DNA of 64,000 nucleotides from assembly GCA_965368975.1 (NCBI GenBank), contig CBDUPA010000013.1, positions 64,001 to 128,000 of the forward strand, written 5' to 3'. Below the pieces are notes generated by a model. The model made no database searches and had not been told where the DNA came from. It saw nothing but the letters and a program-made list of their open reading frames with translations. A program made the translations under genes and the position numbers. The stretch is from an uncultured bacterium (GTDB taxonomy: Bacteria > Acidobacteriota > Thermoanaerobaculia > Multivoradales > JAHZIX01). The first letter of the stretch is position 1. Each line of letters opens with the position of its first letter. Shown here piece after piece: positions 48,906-56,170 of this stretch.

Positions 48906-50420
48906 ATGGTCTTCAGCTCGCCCCTCTTCGTCTTCTACTTCCTGCCGCTGGCGCTGCTGACCTACTATGCCCTGCTGGCCGTCACCCGGCGCTCGAACTC
49001 GCCGGGCCTCCCCCTCCGGCACGTCGCCTTGACCCTGCTCAGCTACCTTTTCTACGGCTGGTCCAATCCCGCCTTCTGCCTGCTGATGCTGCTGTCGACG
49101 GGGATCGACTATCTGTGCGGCCTGGCGTTGGTCGGTCGCCTGGACCGCAGAGCGATCTTGGGCGTCGAGGACCTACCAAGGCTCGATCCTGAATGCGACC
49201 GGACGCGCGCCCAGAAGTGGGCGGTGACCGTGTCGGTGATCAGCAACCTGTCGCTGCTCGGCTTCTTCAAGTACTTCAATTTCGCCGTCGACAGCTACAC
49301 CGCACTCCTGGCTTCACTGGGCCTGGACGGAGCTAGTGCCGACACACTGCTGCGCGTCACGCTGCCGCTGGGCATCAGCTTCTACACCTTCCAGTCGATG
49401 AGCTACACGCTCGACGTCTACCGTGGCCAGACGGCACCGCTCGCCCGCTTCGTCGACTTCGCCTGCTACGTCTCGATGTTCCCGCAGCTGGTCGCCGGAC
49501 CGATCATCCGTTTCTCCGAGGTCGCCGAGCAACTGCGCGAGCGCACGCACACGCTCGAGAAGTTTTCCCGCGGCTGTGCCTTCTTCAGCCTTGGCATGGC
49601 CAAGAAGGTCCTGCTGGCCAATCCGTGCGGGCAGATCGCAGACCTGGTCTTCGACGCCGGCTCTGTGCACACGCTCGACGCCTGGTTCGGTCTCTTCGCC
49701 TACGGCTTCCAGATCTACTTCGACTTCAGCGGCTACTCGGACATGGCGATCGGCCTCGGCTTGATGCTCGGCTTCGTCTTCCCCAAGAACTTCGACTCCC
49801 CCTACAAGGCGCGCAGCGTCACCGATTTCTGGCGTCGCTGGCACATCTCGCTCTCCAGCTGGCTGCGCGACTATCTCTACATTCCCCTCGGCGGTAATCG
49901 CAAAGGCACGGCGCGCACCTACGTCAACTTGATGCTGGTGATGCTGCTCGGCGGCCTGTGGCACGGCGCGTCGTGGAACTTCGTCCTCTGGGGTGGGCTG
50001 CACGGCTTGTTTCTCGCTATTGAACGGATGCTGGGCAAGTCCAGTCCACTGCGTCGCTGGCCGATCGCGGCACAGGTCACCTTGACCTTCCTGCTGGTCA
50101 ACCTGCCGTGGGTCTTCTTCCGCGCCGAGACTCTCGACGGTGCCTTGGCTATGCTGGTCAGCCTGTGCGGTCTCGGTCCCCTCCTGCAAGGCGCAGACCC
50201 ACAGGCAGGCGCCACGCTCCTGGCCGGCTTGCTCTATACGCCGTACCACCTGATCTGCTTCAGCCTCGCCGCGCTCGTCACTTTCGGTGCGCCCCAAACC
50301 TGGGACTGGACGCGCCACCTCACACCCACGCGCGCCTTCGTCGCACTGCTGCTCTTTGCTCTCGCTCTGGTGTCCATGCTGAGCCAGGGCTACAACCCGT
50401 TCATCTATTTCATTTTCTGA
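48906..50420 (+). CDS. algI: MBOAT O-acyltransferase, AlgI-like
   Basis: MVFSS, LPLGISFYTFQ, FPQLVAGPI, FDFSGYSDMAIG, FWRRWHISLS, GLWHGA, NPFIYFIF. Confidence 0.9.
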   Translation: MVFSSPLFVFYFLPLALLTYYALLAVTRRSNSPGLPLRHVALTLLSYLFYGWSNPAFCLLMLLSTGIDYLCGLALVGRLDRRAILGVEDLPRLDPECDRTRAQKWAVTVSVISNLSLLGFFKYFNFAVDSYTALLASLGLDGASADTLLRVTLPLGISFYTFQSMSYTLDVYRGQTAPLARFVDFACYVSMFPQLVAGPIIRFSEVAEQLRERTHTLEKFSRGCAFFSLGMAKKVLLANPCGQIADLVFDAGSVHTLDAWFGLFAYGFQIYFDFSGYSDMAIGLGLMLGFVFPKNFDSPYKARSVTDFWRRWHISLSSWLRDYLYIPLGGNRKGTARTYVNLMLVMLLGGLWHGASWNFVLWGGLHGLFLAIERMLGKSSPLRRWPIAAQVTLTFLLVNLPWVFFRAETLDGALAMLVSLCGLGPLLQGADPQAGATLLAGLLYTPYHLICFSLAALVTFGAPQTWDWTRHLTPTRAFVALLLFALALVSMLSQGYNPFIYFIF

Positions 50421-50450
50421 GCCCGGCGGCACTCACTGAGGCACGAAAAC

Positions 50451-50490
50451 TGAGTAAGTGGCTACCCACTTTCGAGGTCACGAGTACTCA
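50451..50490. promoter_or_regulatory. Candidate tandem enhancer sites for a sigma54 activator
   Basis: TGAGTA-N6-TACCCA (50451-50468) and CGAGGT-N6-TACTCA (50473-50490), offset by 22 bp, upstream of the -24/-12 candidate. Confidence 0.4.
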
Positions 50491-50552
50491 CTTCAGAGAT
50501 ACAGAATTTCTAGTCACTCAGGAATAGCCTGTATCTAGAGGGTTTTCGAAAC

Positions 50553-50568
50553 TGGCACGGTCCTTGAA
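50553..50568 (+). promoter_or_regulatory. Candidate sigma54 promoter of the graspetide precursor operon
   Basis: TGGCACGGTCCTTGAA: exact TGGCAC-N5-TTG, with GA in place of GC at -12. Confidence 0.55.
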
Positions 50569-50683
50569 ATGAACTGGATACAAGGACGGCGATGAAACCC
50601 AGAGCACACTGGAAGTACTCGCCAAGTACCAACAAACAGGAGTCTTCTGACTTGACTCCACTGCACAGTCCAGGAGTAGAAAC

Positions 50684-50839
50684 ATGAAGAAGCTAGAACG
50701 CGTCAACGGTGAACTGTTCGAGAGCCTGACCGTCGAGGAGACCCAGATGGTCGCCGGTGGTGCCGAAGGCACCGCGGAAGCCACCTACAACCAGACCTCC
50801 GGCTGGGATGCCAAGGCCGATATCAAGTTCAAGTTCTGA
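50684..50839 (+). CDS. Graspetide-type precursor 1, 51 aa: MKKLERVNGELFESLTVEETQMVAGG|AEGTAEATYNQTSGWDAKADIKFKF
   Basis: Hand translation; AGGAG RBS; GG leader. Confidence 0.92.
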   Translation: MKKLERVNGELFESLTVEETQMVAGGAEGTAEATYNQTSGWDAKADIKFKF

Positions 50840-50894
50840 TCCTAGGCTCGTCAGCCACCTCTACTTCACCTTCTGATGCATCAGGGGAACCACC

Positions 50895-51059
50895 ATGAAG
50901 AAGACGAAACTGGAGCGTCTGCAGGGCAAACTCTTCGAGTCTCTGAGCACGGAGCAGGTCCAGATGACAGCCGGCGGCGGCACCTACGTGCTCGACTACA
51001 GCTACAACGAGACCGGCATCTATGACGCCCAAGGTCTTCCGGACGCCCTGTTCAAGTAG
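50895..51059 (+). CDS. Graspetide-type precursor 2, 54 aa: MKKTKLERLQGKLFESLSTEQVQMTAGG|GTYVLDYSYNETGIYDAQGLPDALFK
   Basis: Hand translation; AGGGGA RBS; leader shares KLER..LFESL..E..QM.AGG. Confidence 0.9.
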   Translation: MKKTKLERLQGKLFESLSTEQVQMTAGGGTYVLDYSYNETGIYDAQGLPDALFK

Positions 51060-51144
51060 TGCAACTCAAGCGGATCGCACAGTTGCATACCTCCGTCAGA
51101 TACCGCATCGAATCACGCACTGAATCAACCAAGAGGACAGACCC

Positions 51145-51303
51145 ATGAAGAAGAAGCTGGAACGGATGAACGAAGACTTGTTCGAGAGCCTGAGCGTCGA
51201 AGAAACCCAGATGGTCGCCGGTGGTGCCGAGGGCACCGCTGAGGCCACCTACAACCAGACCTCCGGCTGGGACGCCAAGGCCGACATCAAGTTCAAGTTC
51301 TGA
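51145..51303 (+). CDS. Graspetide-type precursor 3, 52 aa: MKKKLERMNEDLFESLSVEETQMVAGG|AEGTAEATYNQTSGWDAKADIKFKF
   Basis: Hand translation; GAGGA RBS; core identical to precursor 1 with only synonymous DNA changes. Confidence 0.92.
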   Translation: MKKKLERMNEDLFESLSVEETQMVAGGAEGTAEATYNQTSGWDAKADIKFKF

Positions 51304-51318
51304 TTCACGTTTCGGTTC

Positions 51319-51367
51319 ACACAGAGACGGCGGAGAGCGGGAGTCTCCCTCTCCGCCGTCTCTGTGT
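51319..51367 (+). terminator. 19-bp perfect inverted repeat after the precursor genes
   Basis: ACACAGAGACGGCGGAGAG / CTCTCCGCCGTCTCTGTGT with an 11-nt loop and a T-rich tail. Confidence 0.85.
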
Positions 51368-51476
51368 TCACGTTTTCCGCTTCGTGTCGAGATCGGCTTG
51401 CCCCTGGGGCTCCACGACCGCCGAACTGATATCATGATGTTGCAGAAGCGGCCTGCGAGTTAGGGAAGGAAGGCCG

Positions 51477-52544
51477 ATGATCCTGATCCTCAGCCAGAGT
51501 GGTTTCGAGACCACCACCGAGCGGGTCATGGACTGGCTGGAAGCAGCTGGCGCCCCGCACCGGCGAGTGAACGGTCGTGATCTCAGTCGCGACGCTCGCC
51601 TCGATCTGCAGCTGGACGGCTGCGGCACGTCGCTGCGGCTGGAGAACGAGGGCGAACCGCTCGATCTCGATGCGGTCGATGCCGTGTGGGCTCGACGCTG
51701 GAGTGCCGATGCGCACCTCGAGACTCTCGGCTACTTCGAGCAGGGTGCCACGCCCGCGCCCCTACCCCACACTGCTTTCCAGATCCAGAAGCAGCTCAGC
51801 TTCGACCTGCACAAGCTCAGCGAGTTCTTCTTCGAACGCCTGCGAGACAGACCCTGGTTGACGCGACCGGGCACCATCAGTCCGAACAAGCTGACGGTCC
51901 TGGAGCGAGCCGTCGCTCACGGCATGGACATCCCGGCCACGCTGGTGACCACCGAGCGCGCGGCGGTGAGCTGTTTTGTCGAACGCTTCGAACGAGTGAT
52001 CACGAAGGTTGTCGGCGAGGTCGACATCTTTCCGTTCGAGGACGCGACGGCCATGCTCTATACCGCCCTCCTCGACGCCGCTGCGGTGGCAGCGCTGCCT
52101 GAGCACTTCTTCCCGTCGCTGTTCCAGGAGGCGGTGAGCAAGAGCTACGAAATCCGCGTCTTCTATCTCGACGGCCGGTGCGACGCCATGGCGATCTTCT
52201 CGCAGGCCGATGCGCAGACCGCTGCCGACTTTCGCAACTACAACTACCAGAAGCCCAACCGAAACGTCCCGTACCGCTTGCCGGCACGGCTCGAAACCAA
52301 GGTGCGCGCCTTGATGGACGAACTCGAGCTCGATACCGGCTCCCTCGACTTCATGAAGGCCCAGGACGGCCGCGACATCTTCCTCGAAGTCAATCCGGTG
52401 GGCCAGTTCGGCATGGTGTCGCTGCCCTGCAACTATCACCTGGAAAAGCAGGTGGCCGAGTACCTGGTGCGCCTGGCTACTGGATACGAGGCGGCGAGGC
52501 GACAGGAAGCAGCGGAGACGGAGGCGACCGGAGCTGAAGCATGA
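51477..52544 (+). CDS. gwsG: Grasp-with-SPASM system ATP-grasp peptide maturase
   Basis: MILILSQ..ETTTERVMDWL, NKL, FFPSLFQE, YEIRVFYL, AMAIFSQ, DFR, FLEVNPVGQFGMVS. Confidence 0.9.
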   Translation: MILILSQSGFETTTERVMDWLEAAGAPHRRVNGRDLSRDARLDLQLDGCGTSLRLENEGEPLDLDAVDAVWARRWSADAHLETLGYFEQGATPAPLPHTAFQIQKQLSFDLHKLSEFFFERLRDRPWLTRPGTISPNKLTVLERAVAHGMDIPATLVTTERAAVSCFVERFERVITKVVGEVDIFPFEDATAMLYTALLDAAAVAALPEHFFPSLFQEAVSKSYEIRVFYLDGRCDAMAIFSQADAQTAADFRNYNYQKPNRNVPYRLPARLETKVRALMDELELDTGSLDFMKAQDGRDIFLEVNPVGQFGMVSLPCNYHLEKQVAEYLVRLATGYEAARRQEAAETEATGAEA

Positions 52545-52762
52545 ACGAGCACGACGATGCACGCGCCTTCTTCCGCAGACTGAGCCCGCAGGCACAGGAA
52601 GAGGCGTCGATCCCCTATCGCTTCGCGGAGTTGCGCCGCCCCGAAGCCGTGGCGGTGCAACGCGTAGCGCAGAGTGACCACTATCGCAGCGACGCCTTCG
52701 AGTGCCGTGCCTTCCACAAGCCGATCTCCCGATGCTTTCCGCCCGTGGAGGAACCAGCATGA
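52541..52762 (+). CDS. Small hypothetical protein (73 aa) coupled between gwsG and gwsS
   Basis: ATGA overlaps at both ends; GGAG RBS. Confidence 0.7.
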   Translation: MNEHDDARAFFRRLSPQAQEEASIPYRFAELRRPEAVAVQRVAQSDHYRSDAFECRAFHKPISRCFPPVEEPA

Positions 52763-53793
52763 ATGGGGACCGCCGCTTCCGTCTCTTCGCGAACTGCATC
52801 CCTGTGCGCGGAGCCCGGCGCAGTGTGATCTGTGACCTGCAGCGAGGCAGCTATCGTTTCATCCCCAATGGCCTGTACGACATCCTCACCGCATACCCCG
52901 ACCGCACGCTGGACGAAATTCGAGCCGATTTCGAGGCCACCGAGCACGAGATCATCGACGAGTATTTCGATTTCCTGCTGCGCCACGAACTCGGCTTCTG
53001 GTGCGAGGAGCCGGAACGTTTTCCCGCTCTCGATCTCAGCTGGGAGGTGCCCCAGCGCATCACCAACGCCATCATCGATCTCGACGCAAGCTCCGAGCAC
53101 CAACACCCCAGCGCCTTCGCACAGCTGATCACGCAGCTCGACGACCTCGGTTGCAGAGCCTTGGAGCTGCGCGTATTCGCCGGCCTGGAACCCTCCCGAC
53201 TGCCAGCACTCCTCGCTACCTGCCAGCGCAGCCGCCTGCGCTCGATCGACCTGTTGACGCCCTACCAGGAAGGCATGCTCGATGATGACTGGCAGCAGCT
53301 GTGCCAGCAACATCCACGACTGAGCCAGATCGTGATCCACTCGGCGCCCGAGACACGCCGCATTCGCGTCGAGGGGACCGGCGTGCCCATCCACTACCGC
53401 CGCGAGCACATCAATGCGCCGAGCTGCTGCGGCCAGGTGCATCCGGGCTACTTCGTGTGCAACCTGAAGATGTTCACCGAGGCACAGACTCACAATACCT
53501 GCCTCAACCGCAAGCTGGCTGTCGATGCCGGCGGTGAGATCAAGAACTGCCCGTCCATGCCCCGCTCCTTCGGCAACGTTCGAGAGACATCTCTGCACAG
53601 CGCACTGGCGCACCGTGACTTCCCCCGCTGGTGGCGCGTGCACAAGGATCAGATCGACGTCTGCAAGGACTGTGAGTTCCGGTACCTGTGCACCGATTGC
53701 CGTGCCTACCTCAGCGATCGCGACAATCTCCTCTCCAAGCCCGCGAAGTGCACGTATGACCCCTACACGGCCAGCTGGGGATCGGCAAGCTGA
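52759..53793 (+). CDS. gwsS: Grasp-with-SPASM system SPASM-domain protein (no radical SAM CxxxCxxC)
   Basis: ANCIPVRGARRSVICDLQR N-terminus; CCG, NTCLNRK, IKNCPSM, CKDCEFRYLCTDCR, KPAKCTYDPY; start ATG 52759. Confidence 0.9.
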   Translation: MNGDRRFRLFANCIPVRGARRSVICDLQRGSYRFIPNGLYDILTAYPDRTLDEIRADFEATEHEIIDEYFDFLLRHELGFWCEEPERFPALDLSWEVPQRITNAIIDLDASSEHQHPSAFAQLITQLDDLGCRALELRVFAGLEPSRLPALLATCQRSRLRSIDLLTPYQEGMLDDDWQQLCQQHPRLSQIVIHSAPETRRIRVEGTGVPIHYRREHINAPSCCGQVHPGYFVCNLKMFTEAQTHNTCLNRKLAVDAGGEIKNCPSMPRSFGNVRETSLHSALAHRDFPRWWRVHKDQIDVCKDCEFRYLCTDCRAYLSDRDNLLSKPAKCTYDPYTASWGSAS

Positions 53794-53830
53794 CTCTCGT
53801 CGCCTCTTGCCCTCAGCAGACGACTTGCCC

Positions 53831-55027
53831 TCAGCAAATGGCGTGCTGCCCTGTCCGTTCCTGCGCCCCTGAGGTGCGGATCCCATCGTCACCGTTCGCT
53901 TCCAGATCGTATTGGCGAATCTTGTTGAACAGCGTCTTGCGGCTGATTCCCAGGCTCTCGGCCGTGGCAGTGCGGTTCCCGTGGTAGATCAAGAGTCGAG
54001 ACAGAATCATCTGCTTCTCCACCTGCTCGGTCGCCTGCCCGACGGCCTCGGCCAGCGTCATCCGGTCCAACCGTTCGACCGATAGCCGGCCTTCGATCTT
54101 GCTGTGCCAGGCTGCCGAGATCGGCTTCTCAGGCTCGAGCAAACGTGCCGGCAAGTCCTCCTCCTGGAGGACGTCGGCGCTCGCCAGGACCATCGAGCGA
54201 CACAGAGTGTTCTCTAGCTCCCGTACGTTCCCCGGCCAGTCGTGGCGCACCAGGACGCGCATCGCCTCCGGGGTGATTCCCCGTATGCTCAAGCCGAGCT
54301 GGCGATTGATCTTGCTGACCAGGTAATTGCACAGCAAGGGAATGTCCTGGCGCCGCTCGCGCAGGGGCGGCAGCTCGACGTGCACCACGTTGAGCCTCCA
54401 GTACAGGTCATCCCGGAATCGCCCCTCGGCGACCTCCTGTTCGAGATTCTTGTTGGTCGCGGCCACCAGACGAACATCGACATCCCGCGGCTCACGCGCG
54501 CCGACCGGCGTATAGCGCCGCTCCTGCAGCACGCGCAAGAGCTTGGCCTGGGCATCAATCGCCAGATCTCCGACCTCGTCGAGGAAGAGAGTCCCGTGAT
54601 CAGCCTGCTCGAAGCGCCCGATGCGACTGTCTCGAGCGTCCGTGAAAGCGCCCTGGATGTGGCCGAAGAACTCACTCTCGACCAGGTTCTGCGGAATCGC
54701 GCTGCAATTGACCGCTACGAACGGACCGGCCACCCGCAAGCTGCCGCAGTGCAACGTCCGAGCCACCAGTTCCTTGCCGGTGCCCGACTCGCCGGTCACC
54801 AAGACCGTAGCGTCGACCCTGGCCACCTTGCTGACCGTGGCCAGCACCTGCTGGATCCCCGGACTGCGCCCGATCATCTGCGTCTCCTGCTGGCCGCAGT
54901 CCTGACGGCTGGGGCGCTGGCGGGGCGCCGGGGAAGCCTCGGACGAGGGCACCACCGAAGCGATGCCGGTTCGGCGGACTGAGGATCGATCCGCAACGGC
55001 TGAGGGAAGCATCGTTCTCACCTCCAT
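53831..55027 (-). CDS. Sigma54-dependent transcriptional activator (AAA+ and Fis HTH, no receiver domain)
   Basis: GESGTGKE, ESEFFGH-GAFTDA, LFLDEVG, FRDDLYWRLNV, WPGNVREL, LGISRKTL. Confidence 0.92.
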   Translation of the reverse strand: MEVRTMLPSAVADRSSVRRTGIASVVPSSEASPAPRQRPSRQDCGQQETQMIGRSPGIQQVLATVSKVARVDATVLVTGESGTGKELVARTLHCGSLRVAGPFVAVNCSAIPQNLVESEFFGHIQGAFTDARDSRIGRFEQADHGTLFLDEVGDLAIDAQAKLLRVLQERRYTPVGAREPRDVDVRLVAATNKNLEQEVAEGRFRDDLYWRLNVVHVELPPLRERRQDIPLLCNYLVSKINRQLGLSIRGITPEAMRVLVRHDWPGNVRELENTLCRSMVLASADVLQEEDLPARLLEPEKPISAAWHSKIEGRLSVERLDRMTLAEAVGQATEQVEKQMILSRLLIYHGNRTATAESLGISRKTLFNKIRQYDLEANGDDGIRTSGAQERTGQHAIC

Positions 55028-55141
55028 CCATTCGTCCAGGTAGACGAGGTGTCCTAGCGCTTCACGTCTTCTAGGAGTTGCGCTGCCCCATGGAGCGCCT
55101 CCTACTCATCTAGTATACGCCTTCCGATTGCCGGCGCCAGT

Positions 55142-56059
55142 TCAAGACCTCGGCTTGCGAATCCGAGCGACCAGACCGTCTTGCAGCTTTACCCCAGAAG
55201 CTGCGGGCTCGAGTTCTGCCTCTACAAACACCAGTTGCGAGGCCGCGTCGACCTGGGGCGCGATCTGCGACACCGTGCCACGCAGCGTCAAATCCATGCC
55301 TTCCAGCGAGGCTTCAACGCGGTCGCCTGCCTGCAGGTGGCTGACGACCTGCGGCGGAACCGCGAAACGCAAGACGAAGTCGTCCGAAGCGATGAGCCGA
55401 AGCACGGGCGTGCCAGGGTGAACCTGGGCCCCGGGATCCAGGAAGCGGGCCGCAATGCGGCCGTCGATCGGGGCGCGCAGCACCGAGCGCTGGAGCCGGT
55501 TCTCCAGTTGCAGCACGTAGGCCGCCTGCTCAGCGACGCGGGCGCGGGCACTCTCGACGTCGGCCACTGCCATATCTCGCTCGCTGTGGCTGCTCTCCAA
55601 TTCTTCCTGCGCGAAGAGATCCGGCATCGTTCGGCGTCGGCGCAGCTGCTCCTCGGCTCGGCGCAACTCGACCTCGGCGCGGCGCACGTCGGCTGCCGCT
55701 GCTTGACGACTGGCCTGAGCTCGGGCCAGATCTTGCGTCAGCTCCTGGGTTTCCAGGCGGGCCAACGGCTGCCCCGTCAGCACCGCATCCCCGACCCGCA
55801 CGGCCACTTCGGCAAGCGTGCCGTCGACCTCGGCGCCCAGGTCGACAGCCTGCCGTGCTACCACCACGCCGATCCAGCGCCCCTGCTCCGGCTCTGCCGC
55901 GGTGCCCACACCTTCGACCTCTTGCCCGGGAAGCGTGGAGCTTGCAAGCGGCGCTGGTCCCCCATCGTCGGGCACCGGCTCGGCAGAGCATCCGGCAAGA
56001 CCGCTCAGAGCGCTGAGCAGACTGAGAACCACAACGAGAAAGCCTTTTCTTGCAGGCAT
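55142..56059 (-). CDS. Efflux periplasmic adaptor (MFP) lipoprotein
   Basis: LAGC lipobox from ATG 56059; VRVGDAV..GQPLARL and LRAPIDG lipoyl motifs. Confidence 0.85.
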   Translation of the reverse strand: MPARKGFLVVVLSLLSALSGLAGCSAEPVPDDGGPAPLASSTLPGQEVEGVGTAAEPEQGRWIGVVVARQAVDLGAEVDGTLAEVAVRVGDAVLTGQPLARLETQELTQDLARAQASRQAAAADVRRAEVELRRAEEQLRRRRTMPDLFAQEELESSHSERDMAVADVESARARVAEQAAYVLQLENRLQRSVLRAPIDGRIAARFLDPGAQVHPGTPVLRLIASDDFVLRFAVPPQVVSHLQAGDRVEASLEGMDLTLRGTVSQIAPQVDAASQLVFVEAELEPAASGVKLQDGLVARIRKPRS

Positions 56060-56170
56060 TTGCGTCCCTCTCTCTCGGCGCGGTAGCGGTTGACGCTCAA
56101 CGCTGGTGGTTGATACCGTGAGTCCAGGTGCCATGTTGCAAGCCGGGTCCATCACCTGGGGAGGTACAAC

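Noticed and set aside
50684-51303. Direct repeat read as CRISPR or IS ends
   Set aside because: It is a duplicated coding sequence with synonymous changes; no repeat-spacer array, cas gene or transposase in the window
50518-51435. Minus-strand ORFs 50518-50784, 50829-51032 and 51052-51435
   Set aside because: Antisense to the three RBS-bearing precursor genes
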